Positions 25,314 to 35,772 of a stretch of DNA of 64,000 bases are shown in pieces. Location of the stretch: NCBI GenBank assembly GCA_002269645.1, contig NIVC01000365.1, positions 558,001 to 622,000 on the forward strand. Reading direction: 5' to 3'. The notes under the pieces are model-generated. The model ran no database searches. It was not told the origin of the DNA and worked only from the letters and a program-made list of their open reading frames with translations. The translations under genes were made by a program, and so were the position numbers. The DNA is from Macrostomum lignano. Its lineage: Eukaryota. The first letter of the stretch is position 1; each line of letters opens with the position of its first letter.

Positions 25314-26668
25314 CTCCAGCCGCAGGTCGACGGACACCCGAGCCCGCAGCTCCTCGAGCAGTCGGCGTCGCCGATCCTCCCGTAGCCTCGTCGCCATCGC
25401 CGTCAGCCTCTCGCCGGGCGTCGCCGCCGTCGCCGTCGTCGTCAGCAGCAGTCGGGAGCAGCTTGCGGAGCAGGCGGTGCGCGGTGAACACCAGCGGGCT
25501 GGCGAGGTTGTAGGGCACGGGCAGCGGCAGCAGCTGGTGGCGGTGCAACAGGGCGAAGCGGATCATCCGCCTGCTGCGGGCCCTCAGCCAGCTGTTTTCC
25601 TTGTCGGCCTGGACGCGCTGGAAGCTCGCCGACACCATGGTGATCAACAGTTTGACGCCGACCACGAAGCCGAGGATCATCCAGCTGGCGTAGAGGATCG
25701 AACCTTTGGCGGCGCGGTGGGAGAGGGGCGGCGGTTCACTCGAATTTGCTGGACTTTGATCCCGAATGCGGCGCTACAATGCGGCGCTGGAGGCATTTAA
25801 GCCAGCACCCTGAAGCCAGCACCCTGAAGCCAGCACCCTGAAGCCATCACCCTGAAGCCAGCATCCTGAAGCCATCACCCTGAAGCCATCACCCTGAAGC
25901 CATCACCCTGAAGCCATCACCCTGAAGCCATCACCCTGAAGACATCAACCTGAAGCCATCACCCTGAAGACATCAACCTGAAGCCATCACCCTGAAGACA
26001 TCAACCTGAAGCCATCACCCTGAAGATATCACCCTGACGCCATCACCCTGAAGCCATCACCCTGAAGCCATCACCCTGAAGCCATCAACCTGAAGCCATC
26101 AACCTGAAGCCATCACCCTGAAGACATCACCCTGAAGATATCACCCTGAAGCCATCACCCTGAAGATATCACCCTGACGCCAGCACCCTGAAGCCATCAC
26201 CCTGAAGCCATCACCCTGAAGCCATCAACCTGAAGCCATCAACCTGAAGACATCAACCTGAAGCCATCACCCTGAAGCCATCACCCTAAGGCCAGAACCT
26301 CAGAAACCGGGCCGAACCTCACCCATGAAGGTTGTGAACCGCGCAGTGTGTGGGCAGCGGGCTGAAATACTGATCCCAGGTGGCGGAGGTGCCAGTCAGG
26401 CTGTAGTCCTGAGGGGTTGTCATGTCGAACATCGCCCAGAAGAAGGTCACAGCAATAGACGTGAAGGTGTTGCCGAAGACGCTGCTGCCGTACTGGAAGT
26501 TCCGGTACAGGTTGGTCATGGCGGTGGTGTAGGCGATGTTCACCGTGATCAGCACGGACAGGAACTTGGCCGCGTTCTTCATCATGCTCTGCACCGTGAT
26601 GGCCAGCACCCCCATGGTCTTCTGCCACACGAACACGTTGCCCAGGGAGACGAACAGGAACAGATTGC
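25249..26668 (-). CDS. TRP cation channel (TRPC/TRPgamma-like) exons: S4-S5-pore (26668-~26323) and S6-TRP helix (~25703-25249); partial gene
   Basis: MGVLAITVQSMMKNAAKF..FFWAMF..; VVGVKLLITMVSASFQRV..ENSWLRAR..LPVPYNL parallels TRPC LGPLQISLGRM..LFWA.F / LLNMLIAMM.SYQ..EWKFAR..LPPPFN. Exon joins not fully resolved. Confidence 0.7.
25798..26287. repeat. 14-bp minisatellite (GCCATCACCCTGAA) in TRP intron
   Basis: Tandem units. Confidence 0.95.
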
Positions 26669-26698
26669 CTGCGGTCGGGGCCGCGCGAGTGCTGTAGT

Positions 26699-27060
26699 CT
26701 GGTCCTCATTCTCTCAACTGGTCCTCATTCTCTCAACTGGTCCTCATTCTCTCAACTGGTCCTCATTCTCTCAACTGGTCCTCATTCTCTCAACTGGTCC
26801 TCATTCTCTCAACTGGTCCTCATTCTCTCAACTGGTCCTCATTCTCTCAACTGGTCCTCATTCTCTCAACTGGTCCTCATTCTCTCAACTGGTCCTCATT
26901 CTCCCAACTGGTCCTCATTCTCTCAACTGGTCCTTCGTTTTCTCAACTGGTCCTCATTCTCTCAACTGGTCCTCATTCTCTCAACTGGTCCTCATTCTCT
27001 CAACTGGTCCTCATTCTCTCAACTGGTCCTCATTCTACACCCAACTGGTTCTCATTCTAT
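26699..27060. repeat. 19-bp minisatellite (TGGTCCTCATTCTCTCAAC)
   Basis: Tandem units. Confidence 0.95.
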
Positions 27061-27072
27061 GCTCAAATGGTC

Positions 27073-28660
27073 TTGACTTAGCTGTAAGGTGGTCCGTAGA
27101 CACAGCGGGGAGGCGAGGGTCGCCCATTCTGCTAGCCCCTGAAGGCCCACAGACAGACAGAGGCGTGGGGCCGGTCATGGTGGTCCGCCGGTCAGGGTGG
27201 TCCGCCGGTCAGGGTGGTCCGCCGGTCAGGGTGGTCCGCCGGTCAGGGTGGTCCGCCGGTCAGGGTGGTCCGCCGGTCAGGGTGGTCCGCCGGTCAGGGT
27301 GGTCCGCCGGTCAGGGTGGTCCGCCGGTCAGGGTGGTCCGCCGGTCCGTTCTGCAGCGTGATCTTCCGTTGGGAAGAAACTGGCTCGTCTAGTCGCCCGA
27401 AGGAACTGGATGAGCCGTGGGATGCTGTCAGGCTGGCAGACCTCGTCAATGGACGGGTTCGGCCCGAGGTAGCGTAGCCGGTCTCTGGTAAAGAAAGAGC
27501 AGTGACAGACAAAGTGCTGAGCATCTTCATTGTCGTACTCACAAAAAGGGCAAAGTTCACTCTCGAGGTCGCCTCGGAGGAGGCAGTGCTTAACGAGGTA
27601 GCCATGGCCGGTAAAGGTCATGACATGGGCTCGAATATCCTTCCGATTTTGGTTCAGAAGGACGTTTCTGAGCCTGCGAGAGGGTCAAGGAACCGCGGCA
27701 CGAGATTGCCGGTAGTTTTGGGTGCCCGCCCCTCTGTCCCTGTGGAGAGAGTCAGTCCAGTCATCGATCTGACGATTGATGACTGTCAAGGGCATAGGGA
27801 CCAAGTGGGCAGGGCCAAAGAAAGAGCCAGAGCGCCGCCCCTCTTGGAGAAGGTGTCGGCCAGCTCGTTCCCCGGAAACCCTGCGTGCCCTGGGATCCAC
27901 TTCAGCCTGACAGTATTGCTACTGGCCATGAGGTTGAGCTGCCGGACGCAGTCGGCGACTGTCCGGGAGTTCGTTGTGGTGTGGCAAAGGGCCTGTAAGG
28001 CCGCTTGGCTATCGGAGTGGATGACGATAGTCTCTCCTCTCGTACCCTTGGCGTTCAGCTCTGCAGCGCAGGAGCTGATGGCAAGGACTTTGTTCAGAAA
28101 GACCGAGGAGAGTCTGCCAGTGTTCTGGGCAAGCGTGGCAATGACGCGGCCGTTGATGATGATGCAGACCCCAAAGCCGGCGCGGCCGTCTTTGATGGAT
28201 CCGTCCGTGTAGCAATGGACCTCCTGGAAATTCCAGTGGTCAGTGGCAGCATCCCTAGAGGGGATGGAGACCTTGTAGCGCTGAAAGAGGTTGAGAGTGC
28301 GGGGTTCACCGTCAGATAAGACGTGGAGTGGAGCCCGCCGCTGTCTCTCAAGTCTTTGAGGCAGAGGTCGGCGTGAGGCAGGAGCTTGTGCTTAGTCATG
28401 GCCCTGTGGGGCCATGGCTAAGCACAAGCTCGAATACGAATGCCAGCGTCAATTAGACGGCGGGCAGTCTTTGCCGCTTCCCTGGGGACAAAGATGTCCA
28501 GCGGGGGAATGTTGAGGAAGGCGTTGAGACCATCGTGAGGAGCAGACGGGGGGCGCTCATGATCATGCGACATGTACGCCTGATGCGCTCTCCTGAGAGC
28601 CTCTAGGCAGGTCTTCATCTGCTGGGCGCGTGTCGTCGTATGTCGTCGTGGATCCACTTG
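27073..28660 (-). mobile_element. 5'-truncated, decayed RNase H-containing non-LTR retrotransposon (LOA/I-group-like), copy 1
   Basis: Thumb region LNAFLNIPPLD, RNase H HCYTDGS..HSDSQAAL..WIPGH..GNELAD, zinc knuckle TGHG..CPFC..EDAQHFVCHC, 3' tail CTAAGTCAAG; stops and frameshifts present. Confidence 0.8.
27178..27345. repeat. 17-bp minisatellite inside the LINE 3' UTR
   Basis: CCGGTCAGGGTGGTCCG x ~10. Confidence 0.9.
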
Positions 28661-28689
28661 ACTTTTTCGAGTCCAGCTAGAACTCCCAG

Positions 28690-29025
28690 CTAGATGCCTT
28701 CACCCTCGAGCTGACGACAGGTTTCTAACATATATCGCAGGAAGACGATGGTGTTCTTCTTGTCTAGGTGGTCCTGAATGTTCTTTGCCAGATCCTTGGC
28801 TGTGTCTCCCCGCGCAATGTTGTTGTCCTCAACTAATGTGGGGATGTACTCGCCTGCAGAGTAGAGTAGAATCTCCTGGGCCTGGCTCTCGTCCTTGATT
28901 CCGGCTGCTACGACATAGCTCTCGAACCGCCGGGTCCAGGTCTTCCATCGTTGAGCGACTGCATGAGGCTCGCCTTCTGCCTCGAACGCACTGGGAGGCA
29001 GTAGTGCTATGGCTTGCGACGCCAT
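28690..29025 (-). mobile_element. Ty3/gypsy-type gag (capsid N-terminal) fragment, truncated where LINE copy 1 begins
   Basis: PPSAF..WKTWTRRFESYVVAAG..LLYSAG..KNTIVFLRY..RQLEGEGI matches the metaviral gag pattern; no LTR pair found. Confidence 0.55.
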
Positions 29026-29260
29026 ATAAGAGTTCAAGTATGATTTGGCAGAAAAGGCTCAGAGCCCCTACACAGGCGATGTGATTATATTTATTTAGAA
29101 TATGGAATATTTGACTGTCGCCGATATTGAGCATTGAGCAATGTACATTAAATATGAGCTAGAGTAGCGATCAGGCTATGTACGCTGAGTCATGCGCGGG
29201 GTGGAGAATGGGGGGGCGGTCGCCAACTAATTAAATAAAGTATATGAAAGTGCATCACAC

Positions 29261-30030
29261 TGTCCACCTCTCACCCTGACACTCTCATATTGATTCTCTG
29301 ACTCTCTGTCCACCTCTCACCCTGACACTCTCATATTGATTCTCTGACTCTCCTGTCCACCTCTCACCCTGACACTCTCATATTGATTCTCTGACTCTCC
29401 TGTCCACCTCTCACCCTGACACTCTCATATTGATTCTCTGACTCTCCTGTCCACCTCTCACCCTGACACTCTCATATTGATTCTCTGACTCTCCTGTCCA
29501 CCTCTCACCCTGACACTCTCATATTGATTCTCTGACTCTCCTGTCCACCTCTCACCCTGACACTCTCATATTGATTCTCAGACTCTCCTGTCCACCTCTC
29601 ACCCTGACACTCTCATATTGATTCTCTGACTCTCCTGTCCACCTCTCACCCTGAAACTCTCATATTGATTCTCTGACTCTCCTGTCCACCTCTCACCCTG
29701 ACACTCTCATATTGATTCTCTGACTCTCCTGTCTACCTCTCACCCTGACACTCTCATATTGATTCTCTGACTCTCCTGTCTACCTCTCACCCTGACACTC
29801 TCATATTGATTCTCTGACTCTCCTGTCTACCTCTCACCCTGAAACTCTCATATTGATTCTCTGACTCTCCTGTCCACCTCTCACCCTGACACTCTCATAT
29901 TGATTCTCTGACTCTCCTGTCCACCTCTCACCCTGACACTCTCATATTGATTCTCTGACTCTCCTGTCCACCTCTCACACTGACACTCTCATAATTCTCT
30001 GACTCTCCTGTCCACCTCTCATCCTGACAC
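29261..30030. repeat. 47-bp minisatellite
   Basis: TGTCCACCTCTCACCCTGACACTCTCATATTGATTCTCTGACTCTCC x ~16. Confidence 0.95.
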
Positions 30031-30242
30031 CCTTAAGGTCACTCTGCACTGCTTCAACCGTCAATCCTACTACGAAGTCCCAAGGACTACTACATCTACT
30101 TAAGTTGTCCTTGCGAAGTCCTTGGAAATTTCTTTAAATAAAAGTAGCAAGCTGAGCTGACACTGCGCAGTAGTATGTTTAGCGCATGATTCAAACTGTC
30201 AAAGGCCATCCAATCCCAGCCGAGCTGATCTGCTGCAGTCCC

Positions 30243-30249
30243 TATAAAA
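30243..30249 (+). promoter_or_regulatory. TATA box of the neuropeptide gene
   Basis: TATAAAA ~125 nt upstream of the ATG; AATAAA at 30815-30820 downstream of the stop. Confidence 0.5.
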
Positions 30250-30367
30250 CCGGAACTGCAGCTGCAGTCGCTCGCGCATCGCCCGACAGCTCTGGAGGTC
30301 GCCAATCCGCGAACAGCCAGCAGCAGGGGATTTCAACAAGCTGATCTTCGAGACCCTTCTGAACCGG

Positions 30368-30664
30368 ATGATGCTTCAGTCAGCGGACAGGATTCGGCTG
30401 GCGTCGCTGCTCCTGGCCGCGACGCTGGCGATGACGGCGGCGGCCACGGAGACTCCCAAAGAGGGCGGGCCGCCGCGTCGGCTGGTGTCGAAGCGGCCGC
30501 TCCGCCTGATCTCCTCGCAGCTGTCCTACCAGCCGCTGAGGCAGCAGCTGCTCCAACAGCTGAACAGGCAGCGCCTCTTCAACGGCTGGCTGATGAACGT
30601 CGTCGGCAATCGCAGGGGCGATCGCGGCGGCGGCAGCGTCCGGAGCGTCATGCGGTTCGGCTGA
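30368..30664 (+). CDS. Intronless RFamide-type neuropeptide precursor, 98 aa
   Basis: Signal-peptide-like LASLLLAATLAMTAAA, dibasic RR/KR/RR sites, ends VMRF-G-stop (amidation donor). Confidence 0.6.
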   Translation: MMLQSADRIRLASLLLAATLAMTAAATETPKEGGPPRRLVSKRPLRLISSQLSYQPLRQQLLQQLNRQRLFNGWLMNVVGNRRGDRGGGSVRSVMRFG

Positions 30665-31046
30665 CCGGTTCGGCATGGAGCAACAGCTGTGACTCTTGGC
30701 TAGCCGCTGAGCACATCGTTGAGCACACTGACTGCTGGCCCAACAACCTCCCCGAGCCCACTCATCGACCCTGCTCCCAAACCAATGCGATTTTGAACTC
30801 TCTTCAAAAAAATCAATAAATAAATGAGTCACCACCGATCTACCGCATCAAAAGTGCCCAAAACCTGCCGTCTGCTTAAGAGGACTGGGCTTTTCTGTTG
30901 CGACTCAAAACTGCTTCGAGTTTTAGTTCGCTTTTAGTGCAAATCATTTTTAGTATATAGGACTAGCAATCAGGCCCCCGTTGGGGAGGCAAAAAAGAAT
31001 CGAAAAAATTATTGACTAAACTATACATGTAGCTTCTGACCTCTTA

Positions 31047-31460
31047 GCCTGGACATCTCAGCAATTCCCTTAGCAAGCCTGGACATCTCAGCAATTCCCT
31101 TAGAAAGCCTGGACATCTCAGCAATTCCCTCAGCAAGCCTGGACATCTCAGCAATTCCCTCAGCAAGCGTGGACATCTCAGCAATTCCCTCAGCAAGCCT
31201 GGACATCTCAGCAATTCCCTCAGCAAGCCTGGACATCTCAGCAATTCCCTCAGCAAGCGTGGACATCTCAGCAATTCCCTCAGCAAGCGTGGACATCTCA
31301 GCAATTCCCTCAGCAAGCCTGGACATCTCAGCAATTCCCTCAGCAAGCCTGGACATCTCAGCAATTCCCTCAGCAAGCGTGGACATCTCAGCAATTCCCT
31401 CAGCAAGCCTGGACATCTCAGCAATTCCCTCAGCAAGCCTGGACATCTCAGCAATTTCCC
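31047..31460. repeat. 30-bp minisatellite
   Basis: CCTGGACATCTCAGCAATTCCCTCAGCAAG x ~14. Confidence 0.95.
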
Positions 31461-31780
31461 CCGTCAGCACTCTCAAAATTCGAATGAGAGCACAGGAGTA
31501 ACCCGATATGCATAATCCAGAAGCCAGACATAATAAATGCGATTAACACCGATCAGACTGATGAAGAAAGGAAAATTGGGCCCTCCCTCACCCACCTGTG
31601 AGGGCGTGGTAAAGGGTGGGGTCTTCCTATCAGATTTCTATGCAATTTCTGTGCAGTCTCACTTCTCTTACATGCATCAATACGAATATTTTTTATTACA
31701 AACTCCAATTAAAATTGGTTTGTTGGTTGAAAATGTATACAAAATATAATAATTCCTTAACGCAATCAATCTTATAATCA

Positions 31781-32258
31781 GACTGAGATTGTAGCTCAGG
31801 TAGACTGAGATGGTAGCTCAGGTAGACTGAGATGGTAGCTCAGGTAGACTGAGATGGTAGCTCAGGTAGACTGAGATGGTAGCTCAGGTAGACTGAGATG
31901 GTAGCTCAGGTAGACTGAGATGGTAGCTCAGGTAGACTGAGATGGTAGCTCAGGTAGACTGAGATGGTAGCTCAGGTAGACTGAGATGGTAGCTCAGGTA
32001 GACTGAGATGGTAGCTCAGGTAGACTGAGATGGTAGCTCAGGTAGACTGAGATGGTAGCTCAGGTAGACTGAGATGGTAGCTCAGGTAGACTGAGATGGT
32101 AGCTCAGGTAGACTGAGATGGTAGCTCAGGTAGACTGAGATGGTAGCTCAGGTAGACTGAGATGGTAGCTCAGGTAGACTGAGATGGTAGCTCAGGTAGA
32201 CTGAGATGGTAGCTCAGGTAGACTGAGATGGTAGCTCAGGTAGACTGAGATGGTAGCT
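31781..32258. repeat. 22-bp minisatellite, left part
   Basis: GTAGACTGAGATGGTAGCTCAG units; the same unit resumes at 39949. Confidence 0.95.
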
Positions 32259-32635
32259 CTTCTTGACTTACTTGACTTAGCTGCAGGGCTGTCCTGCAGA
32301 GGGGACACAGCGGGAAGGCGCGGACGCCCATTCCGCTAATCCCTGAACGGCCGACGCATCGCTATGGACGAAGGGTTGGCGCCGCTCAGGGAGGTCCCCC
32401 AGTGTCGCCAGCAGCTATGATGCTCTCTGGAAAGGAGAGTTCAGCCCTGCGGGTGGCCCGGAGGTAGCGCATGAGCTGATTAAAGTTTTCGGGTTTACAC
32501 GCTTCGTAATAGATGTGTGTGGCCCGAGGTAAGTGAGTTTGGCTCTCAATGATGGCGGGACCGGGACAGATGCTGACAAAATCCTCAGCAGTTTCGTCAC
32601 CCGAGTAGCAAAAACTGTATTTGGCGTTGTTGGTG
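32259..32635 (-). mobile_element. LOA/I-like LINE copy 2, 3' half
   Basis: ..SFC..DETAEDFVSICP..YLRATRRA, with (TAAGTCAAG)2 tail, homologous to copy 1. Confidence 0.8.
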
Positions 32636-33772
32636 CCCTACTCTCTTATCATGGATAAATCATCTATGATCCATGATCCATTGATAAATCATGCATGTTC
32701 ATGGTATTTTCATGCATGGATTTTTAAAACTTTCCATGGTAAAATCATCCATGTCAGGGAGTTCATACGGGAAAATAAATAACTAAGCTTATAAAAAATT
32801 TCAGGCTATTTTATGTATATCTAATAAAGTTTTAAATATATTTAATAAAAGCGAAATTGTAAATACAAAAAATAGTTTAATAAATTTGTTAAAATCTTCA
32901 CCTACAAATTGCTTTGAATATATTACCAGCAATTTTGTTGGCCATTTTGTTTCGGTTTAGTTAATTACGGACTTAACTTCCCATAAACATAAATTACTAG
33001 GCCTATTTTTCCTTTCTAAGAGGACTCTGTCACTCTTGCATGTTGTCATCATTTCATTATGTGTCACTATGTGCTATGTTTATGTTTATGTTTTTTCTTA
33101 GCTATATACTTCCAGTTCCACTTTTGGTAGCTAGTTTTAAAATTCGGTGGCTTGTAAGGTTTTTTGACATGCTAATTTTGATCTTCACTCCTTCAGTGAA
33201 AATTGTATTTGTAGATATATTAGAAAATAGAAACCCTATTATATATTATATTTGGGATGCAAAGATAACCTATAGGGGTTAGATGTATATTTTTGAATGA
33301 TATTTTGCTGCATTTTTATAATGATAGGTTGGCCTAACCAAAGCCAAAGGCCTAGTCTAAAGTGGCATCCTAGACCTAGGCCATAGCCTAATGATAAAAA
33401 TCACATGGTAGGCTGACAGTTTCAAAATAATAAAAAATAATAGTATATTATGGTAATTGGTACTTAATTTCGAGACCTTTCATGTCCTTTGTATCTAATA
33501 TACAGTCTATAATCAAAACTAGACTAGACTAGGCCCAATTAGGCCTAATATTGTCTACTTTGTATCAGAAAATCCACAATGGCACAACTTTATAATTATA
33601 GGCCTATATATAGGGCCTAGGCCTTATATTATAATTTTTATTTAAAATCATAGGGGCCTAGGGTCCCTACATTAAATTTTTTTTATATACAATTCTAATT
33701 GGTTTGTCATTGGCCTCTTGATTGATTCTTCAAACCTTATCTCCTTGTGAAACTTTTTCAGAACAAATTGTT

Positions 33773-35723
33773 ATGGATGATATTGGATTAAGTGCATCTA
33801 ATTCTAGGCCTCTTCGAAAGCAGACAAAAAGTACTTCTAAATTTGGAAATGACAATTCAGCATTGTTTTTCTGCTTTATTCTTCACAATGTTGGCCATGA
33901 TGAGCAATATGTGACCATTGCATTTGGGTCTCCCTATTGGCCAAGTACAATAACTAATGATGAAAAGTTGGAACTTGCACAAGTAAGATTTTAAGTTGGA
34001 TTTATATGCATAATATTTTGTTATTGAGTACATGGTTTCTAAAACAAATTATTCCAACTACAAATGTAATATTACTTTATTAAATTATATTTTAGGGGAC
34101 TAAAGTCTTTTTACGCATGTATGGCAAACTATTTTCTGCTACACTTGTGGCAAAAGGTAGTGAAAGGCAAATGGCTTCAACTATGAACCAACTTTCCAAC
34201 TTGGTTAGTGAGGCTGAAAATACTGATTCATTGATTAGCCAAGCTATTGAGCTTTTTGCAATGAAAGATCCCCAAGCTGGCATTGCAAATGTAAGGACAA
34301 TAAGGTCATCTAGTTCAAAGCAGGTTGCTTCAAGTTCTAGTTGTCATCAGCATGGACTACTTGACGAGCTTTATGAAGTGGATAGTGAAAGTGGCGAACC
34401 AAATTTGGCGATACCAGCTACTCAATCAATGGGTAAAACTGCAATATATATGAACTATTAATTGTTTGCAATTTGTTTTTTTTGTTGTATTATTTGATTA
34501 ATTATTATTTTTTAGAAAAAGCCATTTCTGCATTTGAGAGAGAGGCATCTTTGGTTGAAAATGAGCAAGCTCGTGCCACAGGCCTCTTGGAATCAAGTTT
34601 GTATATTCTATTACACCTAATTGAAAACCAAATACCAAATGAGTCAATATTTTTGTAGCAATAAGCCTTTTTTATCACTAGGTGCAATTCAAGAAGTGCA
34701 ACCCCTCCGAGGGGTACAGATAGTAAACAGTGAATCGGATGCAACAATGAAAGGTATAATTTTATTTTTTTAATATGATACAATCACATTATTAAAAATC
34801 AAAATCACCATATTTTTATATATGAGCATATATCTTACTCTAGATCTAAAACTGTTCATTCAATCCGAGTTGCTTTCTCTTGAGAAGCGTCTTGCTGCAA
34901 GGATATGCCGACTTTTAAAAAAGGATGACAACTTTGGTGGAATGCTAACAATTAAAGAATACCAAAATGAGGTATGTCAGTTTTTTCTTAGCATCAGCAG
35001 CATCACGTCTGTAGTATAAAAGTTCTACTATATAATAACATTTTTTAGGAATTTAGGTGCATTGATGGTTCCCTAGCTGAGCTGTCTTCAATTCTTTGCA
35101 ACGATCCTAAGGTGTTCCTCCGAAGGTATATCAAGCTGCGATTTGGCGAAGGCTACTTGCTTGAGCATATAATCGATTCATCCTGTGGTGCTCGCAGTTC
35201 CCGAAGGCCTGCTCCATCTGAGCATGTGACAGAGTTTCAACGTAAATATATATATATAATTTTTTCACAGTTTTGTGCAATTTTTTTATTATAAAGCAAT
35301 TTAGGCTAATTAATGCTAAATGATCTGAATCCAATACTTGGGATATTTTCTAAAAAAACACATTTAGGTCTGAGATAAAAGAAATTGAGGAAAAATAGTT
35401 CTAAAGTTCAATACATCCCATTGACCTATTTAATGATTAGCATCATAAATCAACTTCCTTTTAAATTTAGCCTATTTCTACTATAAACACAGTACACAAT
35501 GTCTATTGTAAAAATATTTTACTATACTCGTGAATTTTCAGGTTTGCTTCAATTGTGCTATCGAACATCTGGCTACGACTTCCACGAAATCTGGAAGTCT
35601 GTACGAGACCATCTCAATCAGCTGGCCAGGGAGGAGACACGGGCGAGAAAGCGAACTTCAACTGCTGCTTCTGGACCCGAGTCAGGGGATTCCATTTCCC
35701 GCTCAAGGCGAATGGGACCGTGA
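33773..35723 (+). CDS. 7-exon transposon accessory gene, ~400 aa, C-terminal BEN-like domain
   Basis: Exons 33773-33982, 34096-34432, 34516-34596, 34682-34753, 34844-34971, 35049-35241, 35542-35723 are phase-consistent and sum to 1203 nt. FLRRYIKLRFGEGYLLEH..G..RPAP..EIWKSVRDHLNQLAR resembles the BEN consensus. Confidence 0.7.
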
Positions 35724-35772
35724 ATTGCGGAAAAAATTCTAGTAACTTTTGAATATTTGAATTGCTATTTTT

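Noticed and set aside
29215-29235. TGGCGACC as a primer-binding site for the gypsy fragment
   Set aside because: It is not preceded by a CA-ending LTR and no second LTR is visible; unsupported
31021-31501. ORFs with EGIAEMSRLA / DISAIPSASL repeats
   Set aside because: Translations of the 30-bp minisatellite
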